IMG/VR virus record: IMGVR_UViG_3300043395_004689
Location: 1-64,000 of that record
DNA: 64,000 bases
DNA from: a virus
Direction: 5' to 3' (one strand)
A program made the translations under genes and the position numbers. Shown here one piece after another: positions 47,022 through 56,175 of the stretch. The first letter of the stretch is position 1, and every line of letters starts with the position of its first letter. The notes under the pieces are model-generated. The model did not search any database. It was not told where the DNA came from and saw only the letters and a list, made by a program, of their open reading frames with translations.

Positions 47022-47438
47022 ATGGCTAAGATTCAACTCTATAAGCTGGTAGAAACTGCCGAACGGCAAGGCCGCAAATCGCCAGTGGTAGCTACTGTTG
47101 CTAAAGTAGAACAAATTTATGACGCCATTAACAACGCAGTTTTTGGCGGAGTTCTTACTAGGCCAAAAATCGTAGTACGCGATTACACCAAAAGACAAAT
47201 GTGGGGCGAGTGTGAAGGCTGGCAACGCGGTAGCCGTTGGGGTCCTCATTATACCGCAGTTATTCGCATAGAAAAAAATTTCCCAAACTTAAAAAAACTT
47301 ATTGCGGCAGTGGCACATGAAATGGTGCATCAATATGAATGGGAATATTATGGCGTAATGACTCATGGCTCAACCACATTCTTTGCTTGGGAAGAAAGAC
47401 TTCGTTCTAAGGGAATTAGACTAAGCATTACCCTTTGA
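47022..47438 (+). CDS. SprT-like zinc metalloprotease
   Basis: AHEMVHQY (HExxH), THG..F. Confidence 0.8.
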   Translation: MAKIQLYKLVETAERQGRKSPVVATVAKVEQIYDAINNAVFGGVLTRPKIVVRDYTKRQMWGECEGWQRGSRWGPHYTAVIRIEKNFPNLKKLIAAVAHEMVHQYEWEYYGVMTHGSTTFFAWEERLRSKGIRLSITL

Positions 47439-47456
47439 TAGTTGATAACTATCTGC

Positions 47457-48200
47457 ATGGAACCAATTAATCAAGATCAATCAGCAATAGTACAGGGCAG
47501 TGGCCCCAGTGGAACACGACAAGGCATTGGCGGATTTAATCCCTTGCTTCTAGCTGCCGAAATGTCTCTTAGTCAACTTGGAAATTTTGAACCGCTGGAA
47601 TATCGCTTAGACTATCATGCGATACAATCTACTATTATGCAAAAGTACAGCAACGATTGGGTGCCGTACCTACCGCGCACAGATCGTCCAAACAATCGTA
47701 AAGCACTTACTCTTACAACGCTAGAAGGATGGGACCACAAAGCTTTACCAAGCCTAGCCGAAGCCACACAGAAGCTGGGCAGACCAGTTAAAGAAACCGA
47801 ATTCTGTCATCCCACACAATTATATAAAGATTGTGATCAAGCATTTCCTGGAAACCTAAGCCTTAAAGAATTTCTAGACGAGTGGCAACCACTGGGTAGA
47901 ACTTTTATTGTTAACAGCGGTATTGGTGGATATTTTGTTCCGCATCGAGATCATCCAGGTATGCCTAGACCAGTGTTTCGTTTAGTGGCATTTTTAAAGA
48001 ACTGCGGGCCTTTGGAATATGACTGGTGGATGGATGACCGCAAGGCCAACATTGAATTAGGTCGAGTTTATTATGTCAACACTCGTATGACACATAGAAC
48101 AATTAGTTGGACAGAAGATAGTTGGCATCTTATTATTAATGTTCCTTTTACTGTAGGAAATGTAGATAAGTTACTAAGACATTTACAGCATAGACATTAA
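47457..48200 (+). CDS. Fe(II)/2OG oxygenase-like protein
   Basis: GGYFVPHRDH; GRVYYVNTR.THR; HLIINV. Confidence 0.7.
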   Translation: MEPINQDQSAIVQGSGPSGTRQGIGGFNPLLLAAEMSLSQLGNFEPLEYRLDYHAIQSTIMQKYSNDWVPYLPRTDRPNNRKALTLTTLEGWDHKALPSLAEATQKLGRPVKETEFCHPTQLYKDCDQAFPGNLSLKEFLDEWQPLGRTFIVNSGIGGYFVPHRDHPGMPRPVFRLVAFLKNCGPLEYDWWMDDRKANIELGRVYYVNTRMTHRTISWTEDSWHLIINVPFTVGNVDKLLRHLQHRH

Positions 48201-48201
48201 C

Positions 48202-48852
48202 ATGATTATTTTCAGCGGGCCAGATAACGACAAGCGAGAAATTAAAGTCGAGCTACCGGCGCACCATCAACGCATAGGTGTAATGCTTAGTGGTGGCGCA
48301 GATAGTGCAATACTCTTGTATATTCTTGCACTTGAACTCAAGATGTCTGGCAGCAAACAGGAACTAATTACATTGACTGTGCCTAGAGCCGACGGGGCAA
48401 GTAACTATGTTGATGCAATTGTCAACAAGGTAAATGAGTTAGTACCAGGTGTAAACATTCCTTTGCCAATACGCTTAGGTGATCCAACAGTACATCATAG
48501 CCAGCAAGGTAAATCAGGCGAAATAGCTGCCAGACAACATCATAATATTGAGCATATCTTCTATGGTAGCCAAGCACATCCTCCTGTGCCTATGCCGGGC
48601 GAGTACCCAGGCAGACCCGATCGCACTGAATACACAAACAATCAAGGCATAGTCACAACAACATGTCCATTTGCACTACTTGATAAGCGTCATACCATAG
48701 ACCTCTACGAAATATTTCAAGTATGGCCCTTGATTGAGCTAACTCACTCTTGCACACACCGCACTGAAGGACGCTGTGGTGAGTGTTATAACTGTAAAGA
48801 GCGTGCCTGGGCTATGGAAGCACTGGGCTACACAGATCCAGGTAGACTATAA
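48202..48852 (+). CDS. QueC-like PP-loop ATPase
   Basis: LSGGADS; THSCT..RCGECYNCKER zinc motif. Confidence 0.65.
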   Translation: MIIFSGPDNDKREIKVELPAHHQRIGVMLSGGADSAILLYILALELKMSGSKQELITLTVPRADGASNYVDAIVNKVNELVPGVNIPLPIRLGDPTVHHSQQGKSGEIAARQHHNIEHIFYGSQAHPPVPMPGEYPGRPDRTEYTNNQGIVTTTCPFALLDKRHTIDLYEIFQVWPLIELTHSCTHRTEGRCGECYNCKERAWAMEALGYTDPGRL

Positions 48853-49518
48853 TCTACTAGTGAAAATACTAAGGCCTAGTTTTTTAGCTACACCCTGCCG
48901 CGGAAATGCGCTACTGACATGTAGGCGGTCACGTGGGAATGTAATTGGTGTACCGGGTATCCATTGAAAAACTTTATCTACTGTTAGCCCGTAAAAGTTT
49001 TTCATATTAAGATGCGGACAATGTTCTAGCAGTATGCCATCAACACTAGAGATTTCGTCTAAATTACCAACCCCTTCATTGTAATAGTCTCTAACCACTA
49101 CATTGTATTCGTTTGGTTCAGTGTCTTCTCCGCTTAGAAAAAATGCTGCTGGTCCAGACCATGTTTGATTTAGAACTAAAAATTTTACTCGATCAAATCT
49201 TGGAACAACATTGGGCTTGGGCGTAAAGCGCAAGGGAAATACAAATGTTTGCCAAACTTTTTCTGGACCTTCTTTACCGGTGTCTGCGTGAACACGATAG
49301 CCTGTTTCAGTTTCAAAGAAATTACCTCCAGCTACAGTCCATGAGTCTTGGCCCAAAACCTTATCAATAATGGGCTTGACTATTTCCATTGCAGGACCAA
49401 GATCCAATCCAAATTTTCTACCTGGATACTCTTGTAATTTTGAATTGTTTTCAAAACAAGCTATTAGCCCGTTGAGTTGGTCCTGATTTAACGGATCAAG
49501 TATGCGCGGTTCAATCAT
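48847..49518 (-). CDS. Putative Fe(II)/2OG-type oxygenase-like protein
   Basis: VHADT; F.RDRLHVSS; K.GLSIF; start revised from 49551. Confidence 0.55.
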   Translation of the reverse strand: MIEPRILDPLNQDQLNGLIACFENNSKLQEYPGRKFGLDLGPAMEIVKPIIDKVLGQDSWTVAGGNFFETETGYRVHADTGKEGPEKVWQTFVFPLRFTPKPNVVPRFDRVKFLVLNQTWSGPAAFFLSGEDTEPNEYNVVVRDYYNEGVGNLDEISSVDGILLEHCPHLNMKNFYGLTVDKVFQWIPGTPITFPRDRLHVSSAFPRQGVAKKLGLSIFTSRL

Positions 49519-49529
49519 ACGATATTTAG

Positions 49530-49558
49530 TTGACAAAATAAGCAATTTCATTTACACT
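49530..49558 (+). promoter_or_regulatory. sigma70-type promoter
   Basis: TTGACA-17nt-TACACT. Confidence 0.6.
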
Positions 49559-49589
49559 ATGATTATCGTTGATGACTAGAGGTTCAGCT

Positions 49590-50753
49590 ATGAAAAGAAT
49601 TTGGCATTATTTTGCGGTCACTGCCGTTGTTGCGGCAGCTTTGTTTCCAACTGCAACGCAGGCTCAAACACTGCCTAGGACCAGTGATAACCGGCCCACA
49701 CTACCGGATAATCTTCTCTTAGGAAATCCTTCTCGGCATCATTACCAAACTGCAACAGCACTAGCGCCTTCTACTCTGGTATTCCGCGAGCCGCGCGGCC
49801 GCGAAATAGAAATTGTAGCAAGAGCCCAGCAACTACTGGCCAACAGCGAATCCAAAAGCTTTGCACTGATCAATGGCAATGAGGTAGTGTGGGTTGGCTA
49901 CAAGTCTCCTGCATCAAGTAATTCTAGATTTCTTAGCATGAGTGTTGGCAAAACTGTTACGGCCATGGCCGTAGGAGCCGCCATATGTGAAGGACGACTA
50001 CAGTCCAGCTCCCGAGTAGGAGACCTGGTACCCGAACTGGCAGACACTCACTTGGGCAAGTCTACTGTAACTGATCTTCTTCGCATGAGTAGCGGCACAC
50101 AGGAAGCCGCCAGTGATTCTACCATTGAAACCCCAGCACAACGAGATGCCATATTTGCCGGGCGAATGAGTTATCTAGATCTACTACGCACCGAGCGAGC
50201 AAGTTCGCAACATCGTAGTTTATTTGGTGGACGGCAACCTGGTGAGACATTTTCTTATGGCACCACAGATCCTCTGACATTAGCAGTCATGATTAATCGA
50301 GCAACTGGTTCAACCTATGCTCAGTATGTTGAACAGAAAGTTTTGATTCCTGCAGGAATTGCACGACCTGGCGCAATTGGCCAAGATCATTTTGGTTATG
50401 GGCAAGGAGCAGGCAATGTTAGATTGACCATGGAAGATTGGATTAGGTTTGCCGTCTGGGTCAAGTCCAGCTCACTGAAAAATGATTGCTTTGGCGACTA
50501 TGTGCGCGAAGCTACACGAACACAGATTTCCAATTCTTCTCGCACTTCGGGCGCAGCCTTCTCTGGATATGGTTATTTGATCTGGACTGATAATCAGTAC
50601 AGTACTAGAGACAGCTTCTGGGCCAGTGGCTATGGTGGCCAACGCATTGGTTGGAATCGGTCCAACAACCGTATGATGGTTGTGTTTAGCAACGAGCAGA
50701 GCCATGTTGTTGACCTGTACCGGCTCTATGCAGATTGGGCCGCACTACGATAA
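49590..50753 (+). CDS. Secreted serine hydrolase, beta-lactamase class C/AmpC-like family
   Basis: Signal peptide; SVGK (SxxK), LLRMSSG, PG..FSY, YGY..W, GYGGQ. Confidence 0.85.
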   Translation: MKRIWHYFAVTAVVAAALFPTATQAQTLPRTSDNRPTLPDNLLLGNPSRHHYQTATALAPSTLVFREPRGREIEIVARAQQLLANSESKSFALINGNEVVWVGYKSPASSNSRFLSMSVGKTVTAMAVGAAICEGRLQSSSRVGDLVPELADTHLGKSTVTDLLRMSSGTQEAASDSTIETPAQRDAIFAGRMSYLDLLRTERASSQHRSLFGGRQPGETFSYGTTDPLTLAVMINRATGSTYAQYVEQKVLIPAGIARPGAIGQDHFGYGQGAGNVRLTMEDWIRFAVWVKSSSLKNDCFGDYVREATRTQISNSSRTSGAAFSGYGYLIWTDNQYSTRDSFWASGYGGQRIGWNRSNNRMMVVFSNEQSHVVDLYRLYADWAALR

Positions 50754-50758
50754 TCTGC

Positions 50759-50851
50759 TAAGTTGTTGATTTTAAAGCGGTTTTTTGTTGTAAAAATACC
50801 ACAAAAATAGCCCAAAAAACGGTTGACCTTTAGGTACAATGAGCCTATACT
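50759..50851 (+). promoter_or_regulatory. Composite module: IHF site, TGT-N12-ACA palindrome, sigma70 promoter
   Basis: TAAGTTGTTGATT 50759-50771; TGTTGTAAAAATACCACA 50786-50803; TTGACC-17-TATACT 50823-50851. Confidence 0.75.
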
Positions 50852-50882
50852 ATAGGCATAGTGTAAGAAAAAGGAGCCAAAA

Positions 50883-51053
50883 ATGAAAGTTGAAACTGCA
50901 ATTAAACAGATCCAAAACGAAGCCAAGTTTTTGGGCATGGAATTTTTGGATGTGATCCAAGATGTAGAAAAGTTTGGTCGCATGATTTACAGCGAACGGG
51001 TAGTTGAAGCTGTTCGCATTGTTCGTGAAAAAGCCCCTCATATCTTTGCCTAA
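50883..51053 (+). CDS. Hypothetical early protein (56 aa, not in ORF track)
   Basis: AAGGAG RBS; MKVETAIKQIQNEAKFLG... Confidence 0.75.
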   Translation: MKVETAIKQIQNEAKFLGMEFLDVIQDVEKFGRMIYSERVVEAVRIVREKAPHIFA

Positions 51054-51063
51054 GGAGATCCAC

Positions 51064-51336
51064 ATGTCAGCACTTCAAAAGTTCATTGATCAGAAGAACC
51101 ATTGGAATAGTTTTTTCAATGGTGAGCAGTACGAAATCCGTACCGCCCAAGGCCGTCAGCGAGTTGCTGACATGATTGACTCGGCTCTGAGTCCTGAAAA
51201 TCTGACCTGTGATGGCGAGCTGCCTCGCAGTGAAGTTAACCGCCGCTATCGTGAATTGATGTCTGCGGCTCGTGCTCTCTATAAGCTTGATCCTAAGGTC
51301 AAGTTTTATGAGTGGTCCAGTGAAATTGAGGCCTGA
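51064..51336 (+). CDS. Conserved phage hypothetical protein (LSPENLTCDGE)
   Basis: TAAGGAG RBS; start revised. Confidence 0.8.
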   Translation: MSALQKFIDQKNHWNSFFNGEQYEIRTAQGRQRVADMIDSALSPENLTCDGELPRSEVNRRYRELMSAARALYKLDPKVKFYEWSSEIEA

Positions 51337-51338
51337 TC

Positions 51339-51566
51339 ATGAAAACCATTTTTGAAATTTTTCCGGGCATCCAGGTCTATGACAAGGAGCCTGTTGAAGT
51401 GGCTAACCCTTTCAGCGGCGAAACTGCAATCCTTGAACCCGAGGAAGTTGCAGTATACGATTACATCAAGGGCTGTGAAATGGTCAGCGACTATGATGGG
51501 GTGCGCCGTGGCCTGGATTGGTTTAGCCGCAAGAACCCCGAAGCTTATATGACCCTCTTGGATTAA
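51339..51566 (+). CDS. Hypothetical protein (NPEAYMTLLD C-terminus)
   Basis: GAGG RBS. Confidence 0.75.
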   Translation: MKTIFEIFPGIQVYDKEPVEVANPFSGETAILEPEEVAVYDYIKGCEMVSDYDGVRRGLDWFSRKNPEAYMTLLD

Positions 51567-51577
51567 GGAGAAGACGC

Positions 51578-51778
51578 ATGGGGTATGCTATACTGCCTGC
51601 TCGTGATAACAAATGGCAACCTAGGAAGGGACTGGAAGGCCCTTTCTGGTATGTTGACCGTGTATTGTATTATGATCCTCGGGCTGGTCAGTACTGGGAT
51701 CCAACCACAGACTTCTATGTTGAGCAGGATGAAATGGATCTGCTTCAACAGCGAGTCATTGACATTCTAGCAAGGTAA
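51578..51778 (+). CDS. Hypothetical protein (GLEGPF..LYYDP..G.YWDP.TD)
   Basis: TAAGGAG RBS. Confidence 0.75.
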   Translation: MGYAILPARDNKWQPRKGLEGPFWYVDRVLYYDPRAGQYWDPTTDFYVEQDEMDLLQQRVIDILAR

Positions 51779-51783
51779 TTGAA

Positions 51784-52464
51784 ATGCCTCCTGGAGTTCA
51801 AATTAGTCAACAAGATGCATGGGCTTTGGTAGCTTATGCTGACCGCATCAACAAGGGCCAGTATGTAAAGTTTCCCGAGTTTGATCAGGATACTGGCAAA
51901 ATTTCAGTACAACCAAATCGCGACATTATCAAAGAGCAACTTCGTTGCGAAATGGCAAATGTTACAGACGCCGATCGCGCTCTGGGTGTAAAAATGTATG
52001 AGCATTTTCAAGGCTTGGCATTTACTGCATTGGGAGGTGGCGGCCAACCTCTGCGAGAGTACGACCAAAAGATCATTAACTTGATCAGCAAAGACACCAT
52101 GCCGGCTGGCATCAGTATGGTTTACCTAGCCCCAATGGGTGCTCGCTATTGGCGAGAAATCAAGCGAGAAGAACAAACTGAAATTCAGGAAAAGATTGGC
52201 GCTACCAGCACACATCAGGGCTCAGTTGGAGGACCGTATGCTGGTAAAGTAGTAGTACTATCAAAGTTTATGGGAAAGCTATTTCCTGGCTCAGTGGTTA
52301 AGGCCACTGACGGTACTAACCTTTATTTTTGGACCAGCAGTAAGACTGTTGATGTATGGCCCGATTCGCCAGAACCTTTTACAATCTCTGCTTCAGTTAA
52401 AGCACATGGAAGCACAAGAGAAGGTCACCCCGAAACAAGGCTAACTAGAGTAAAGATTACATAA
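51784..52464 (+). CDS. Hypothetical protein with C-terminal OB-fold-like region
   Basis: VKAH......ETRLTRVK C-terminus. Confidence 0.65.
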   Translation: MPPGVQISQQDAWALVAYADRINKGQYVKFPEFDQDTGKISVQPNRDIIKEQLRCEMANVTDADRALGVKMYEHFQGLAFTALGGGGQPLREYDQKIINLISKDTMPAGISMVYLAPMGARYWREIKREEQTEIQEKIGATSTHQGSVGGPYAGKVVVLSKFMGKLFPGSVVKATDGTNLYFWTSSKTVDVWPDSPEPFTISASVKAHGSTREGHPETRLTRVKIT

Positions 52465-52479
52465 CAAAAATCAAACTAC

Positions 52480-52507
52480 AAATCCTGCTCCGGCAGGATT
52501 TTTTTTG
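52480..52507 (+). terminator. Rho-independent terminator
   Basis: AAATCCTGC-TCCG-GCAGGATTTTTTTTT. Confidence 0.9.
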
Positions 52508-52544
52508 AGTAAACATTCAGCTATCAAGATTGCTACATACAAAC

Positions 52545-53096
52545 ATGTTCGCACCTCCACACATTATTAACTACATCAAAGACTCTATTCCTGTATACGC
52601 AGATTGGCCAGCGGCAGGAGTACAATACAAAAATACCGTTGAACTTTTAAAGAATCCAACGGCATTTGGATACAGTATCGACTGGTTCACCACCCTAGGA
52701 AGAACTGTTGGCGCTCAAGCTATTTTTGCCGCAGATGCTCGAGGTTTTATCTGGGGATCAGCAACAGCTCGTGATCTAAGACTGCCCATGCATGTGGTAC
52801 GCAAGCCAGGAAAGTTACCAGGGCTGGTTTGGTCTCAAGAGTATGCCTTAGAGTACGGCACGGACAAGCTAGAGCTGGGTTGTATTGAACTTGATAGACA
52901 TCGTCCTGTTTTAATCATTGACGATGTGCTGGCCACTGGCGGAACGGCTGAAGCTATTTGTAAACTGTTGCACAACAATTTAGGTATAGATTACAGTCTG
53001 ATGACTGTGGCTGTATTAATTAACCTGGGATTTCTGGGTGGGGATGCAAAATTGACTTCCATGGGCGTAAAGGTTCATGGACTGATATATGAATGA
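52545..53096 (+). CDS. apt: Adenine phosphoribosyltransferase
   Basis: DWP..GV, ARGFI, RKPGKLPG, YALEYG, IIDDVLATGGT (PRPP loop). Confidence 0.9.
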   Translation: MFAPPHIINYIKDSIPVYADWPAAGVQYKNTVELLKNPTAFGYSIDWFTTLGRTVGAQAIFAADARGFIWGSATARDLRLPMHVVRKPGKLPGLVWSQEYALEYGTDKLELGCIELDRHRPVLIIDDVLATGGTAEAICKLLHNNLGIDYSLMTVAVLINLGFLGGDAKLTSMGVKVHGLIYE

Positions 53097-53634
53097 TATT
53101 ATATTGTTTGCGCTAGAAGACGAGGCTCCGGGTCTTTTCAAAGAGCTAGACAACATATTTTGCATTGGGGTTGGCAAGGTAAACGCAGCCATCAATACCA
53201 CAAGACTTTGCAACACTTATCGGCCCAAAAGAATCATTAACATGGGCACAGCCGGTGGCATTAGATTGGGGCATGGCATACATCGCATCAATACAGTATG
53301 GCAACATGATGTGAACTTGATGGCCTTGGGCATGAAGCCTGGTATCCACTTTAATGACTCTGAAAGTATGATTATAATGCCGGGCGTTGGCAAGACCTGT
53401 GCCAGTGGAGATATTTTTATCACTGAGCCAAATAAATTACGAGTAGAGTGCGATGTTGTTGATATGGAAGCATACAGCGTTGCTAAGGTAGCAAACAAAC
53501 TTGTCACTGATATCGAAATATGGAAATATATAAGTGACCCAGCAGACGCAGGGGCCGGAAAAACTTGGAAGGAACAAGTAGCAGCCGGTGAACCTTATTA
53601 TAGAAAAATATTAAAAGAGCTAGGAGCAATCTAA
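53089..53634 (+). CDS. MTA/SAH nucleosidase-like (PNP_UDP_1) protein
   Basis: ALEDE, GVGKVNAA, NMGTAGG, SGD.F, VDMEAY, KYISD. Confidence 0.85.
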   Translation: MNDIILFALEDEAPGLFKELDNIFCIGVGKVNAAINTTRLCNTYRPKRIINMGTAGGIRLGHGIHRINTVWQHDVNLMALGMKPGIHFNDSESMIIMPGVGKTCASGDIFITEPNKLRVECDVVDMEAYSVAKVANKLVTDIEIWKYISDPADAGAGKTWKEQVAAGEPYYRKILKELGAI

Positions 53635-54233
53635 TGAATGGACCGACTGGATTTGCTGAAATGTTTCTCTGGTACGACGGAAATCCCAACAACGAAGACC
53701 GAGCCGGAATGACAGTGGTCTTAGAAGAAGGCGACAAAGTTAGGGTAGCAGATAAGCCATACGATGCTCGTTACACGGAGCAGATCATAGGCGTTATTGG
53801 CGGAGACAATACCTCAGTGAGTGCAATAAGCAATGCATCACCGGAGGAGTGGCATGGCAAACATCTTCGAGATCCTTTTAATAGATTACTCTGGGAACCA
53901 CAGGTAATGGTTGAATGGATCGTCGACGGATTTAGGCATTGGTATGAAGCCGACCGCATACCAGAAGGAGTTGTAGTACCTGCTAATGCTACCTATTACC
54001 GCAACGAGTGGAATGGATACAAACTGCAAAGACAAATACTGTCTGAAGAATTTAAAAATCCCGGCAAGCCTGTTGCCCCTTATTTGCCTAGATGGGAGCG
54101 TCAAGAATGGGCCATTGTAATTTTGCTAGGTCGTGCTGTAGTACGCAACAACCAATTAACAAATCCTGGTTGGAAAAAGATTAGATCTATCAGCGATGGT
54201 ACAGTAGCACTATCCGAGTGGCTAATAAAATAA
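53634..54233 (+). CDS. Stand-alone Peptidase G2-like intramolecular chaperone domain
   Basis: FAEMF.W.DGNP..EDR.G..VVL, W.GKHLRDPF.R, Y.PR.ER.EW..V.LLG. Confidence 0.65.
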   Translation: MNGPTGFAEMFLWYDGNPNNEDRAGMTVVLEEGDKVRVADKPYDARYTEQIIGVIGGDNTSVSAISNASPEEWHGKHLRDPFNRLLWEPQVMVEWIVDGFRHWYEADRIPEGVVVPANATYYRNEWNGYKLQRQILSEEFKNPGKPVAPYLPRWERQEWAIVILLGRAVVRNNQLTNPGWKKIRSISDGTVALSEWLIK

Positions 54234-54487
54234 AAAGGACTACCATGAAAGAAAATCACTATGAAATTGTAAACACTATTATCATGGGAAGTCTCAAAGA
54301 GATGCTGACCAATTCAGATCTAACCTACATCAGTCAGACTAGCCCTCAACATTCTCACCTAAGAAACCCTGGTGAAAAATATGTGCTAGATTTGATCAAG
54401 TCAGTGCTGCCTTTGCTAGTCAATGCCCACGCACTAACAGCCAAAGAAAATGCTGAATTGCTTATGTTGGACAAACTGAGTAAATAA
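54218..54487 (+). CDS. Hypothetical protein (start probably 54245)
   Basis: AAGGA RBS before MKENH. Confidence 0.65.
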   Translation: MANKIKRTTMKENHYEIVNTIIMGSLKEMLTNSDLTYISQTSPQHSHLRNPGEKYVLDLIKSVLPLLVNAHALTAKENAELLMLDKLSK

Positions 54488-54490
54488 TGG

Positions 54491-55342
54491 ATGCAAACCA
54501 AAGACATCTACACCCAATGGGGTACGGAATTTACAGACATCTCTGATCTGTTTTCTCAGGATGTAGTTGAACTGCGAAAACTTTTATATCAGCGCAAGAT
54601 GCTGGTATTTCATGCTCCGGACTGGACTGAACTAGAATATTGGCGTTTTCTTACTCTTTGGGGTTCTCCTTGGGAAAGAGAAGAGTATATTAAAAGCACA
54701 GAGCGGTGGAAAGCAATTCCTGATCCTGGCTCTGGAAAATATCGCTACATCACCTGGATGAGCAACAGGCTCAGCAAGAGGTTGCAAGATTTTGCAATGC
54801 CTTGGCATGCTGACATTGCTAATCGCGTGACAGGAATCAACTTCCCTCATCGCTGTATCTATATGAAGACTGTGCCAAATCCTGAGGCAGGATTTACATA
54901 CTGGCTAGACATGGAATTGGCTTACCCTGAAGTGCATCCTAAATTGCGGCAACGATGGGAATCAAAGACTGTGGTTCAACAAAACTGGCACCACCCAGGC
55001 AAGGATATTGTGCAAGTAAGTGCCATGAAACAACATCCCATTACTGGCCGCTGGAGCCCTAGATGTAATTATCACGGGGTCAGCGATAGCTGGATCTTAG
55101 ATATCATTGACTCAAACGGCAACAGCTACGGCACTGGAATTGTAGAAGAGCTCATGGAAGCCATGGCTGAAATCAAAGACTGTGTCTATGAAATGCGTTG
55201 GCAACCCAACGACATTGTTCTCTATGACAATTGGCCCTTTGTGCATAGAAGAACCGCCCCAAACCTCAAAGAAGGTCAAGAGCGGTTAATGTGGCGTGCC
55301 AATATTGATCACGATCCTAGCATCAAGGAACTGCTGGATTAA
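54491..55342 (+). CDS. TauD/TfdA-family 2OG dioxygenase
   Basis: WHAD, HPITGR, WQPNDIVLYDN..VHRR, ERLMWR. Confidence 0.85.
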   Translation: MQTKDIYTQWGTEFTDISDLFSQDVVELRKLLYQRKMLVFHAPDWTELEYWRFLTLWGSPWEREEYIKSTERWKAIPDPGSGKYRYITWMSNRLSKRLQDFAMPWHADIANRVTGINFPHRCIYMKTVPNPEAGFTYWLDMELAYPEVHPKLRQRWESKTVVQQNWHHPGKDIVQVSAMKQHPITGRWSPRCNYHGVSDSWILDIIDSNGNSYGTGIVEELMEAMAEIKDCVYEMRWQPNDIVLYDNWPFVHRRTAPNLKEGQERLMWRANIDHDPSIKELLD

Positions 55343-55899
55343 GGTTCTAGCTCAGTATCCCAGTAGAGGTAATCTCTCCAGGTTTCGTGCAAGTCCCTGC
55401 TCTGCGGCATCTTTCGGGCTTTGACATACAATTGCCAACTAGTTGGTTCCGTTGGCTTTTTCAAAGGAAGCATACCAACATCCTTGGGCAAATGCGAACC
55501 TTTACGATGATTACACGGTCCACAGGCCGCTACCACATTGTGCCATGTGCTAGTACCACCATGTGCTCGTGGAATAACGTGGTCAAAGGTCAACTGACGA
55601 GTTTCAAATTCGCTACCGCAATATTGACAAGTATAGTCATCCCGTAGGAAAACATTGAACCTGCTAAAGGTTGCCATTTGGTCTCGACGCACATATTCTT
55701 TAAGGGCCACAACACTGGGTAAACGCCAGGCCCTACGGCTACTGTGAACCTCAATGTCATATTCCTCAACCACAGTGACTCTATCACCTATTACAGCCTT
55801 GATGGCTTCTTGCCAAGAGATGGTGCTCAGTGGATAAATTTGAACCGGTTGCCAATCTGCGTTTAGCAGTAGGGCCGGATATTTGCTTTCGTGTAACAT
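55339..55899 (-). CDS. HNH endonuclease (McrA-like)
   Basis: RDDYTCQYCG, TFDHVIPR..GG..W.NVVAAC..CN..K. Confidence 0.92.
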   Translation of the reverse strand: MLHESKYPALLLNADWQPVQIYPLSTISWQEAIKAVIGDRVTVVEEYDIEVHSSRRAWRLPSVVALKEYVRRDQMATFSRFNVFLRDDYTCQYCGSEFETRQLTFDHVIPRAHGGTSTWHNVVAACGPCNHRKGSHLPKDVGMLPLKKPTEPTSWQLYVKARKMPQSRDLHETWRDYLYWDTELEP

Positions 55900-55921
55900 A
55901 ATTTCACATATTTATAAGGAG

Positions 55922-55950
55922 TTGACACTGGATGTAGTTTACTATATAAT
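55922..55950 (+). promoter_or_regulatory. sigma70 consensus promoter (leaderless transcript likely); divergent TATAAATA on the minus strand at 55909-55916
   Basis: TTGACA-17nt-TATAAT, ATG 6 nt later. Confidence 0.8.
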
Positions 55951-55956
55951 GTGTAC

Positions 55957-56166
55957 ATGAGCAAGAAAATATTACGGAAACTTGTGCGGTCCGATGTTGA
56001 CATGGACAATATTAATTCTTGGCTGCTGGCATTGCATGAAGCAATTGACTCTGAGACCATGCTCACTGTCGAAGAACAAGAAGAATTAGAAGCAATAATT
56101 TACGGAAACATAAGCCACTATCTAGAAAGGTTTTTTGATTTTCCAGGCTACGGAAATTACAACTAA
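55957..56166 (+). CDS. Hypothetical protein
   Basis: ATG at the predicted transcription start. Confidence 0.65.
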   Translation: MSKKILRKLVRSDVDMDNINSWLLALHEAIDSETMLTVEEQEELEAIIYGNISHYLERFFDFPGYGNYN

Positions 56167-56175
56167 ATATATCAT

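Noticed and set aside
48202-48852. Assigning gene symbol queC
   Set aside because: Only the PP-loop and zinc motif match; pathway partners are absent from the window
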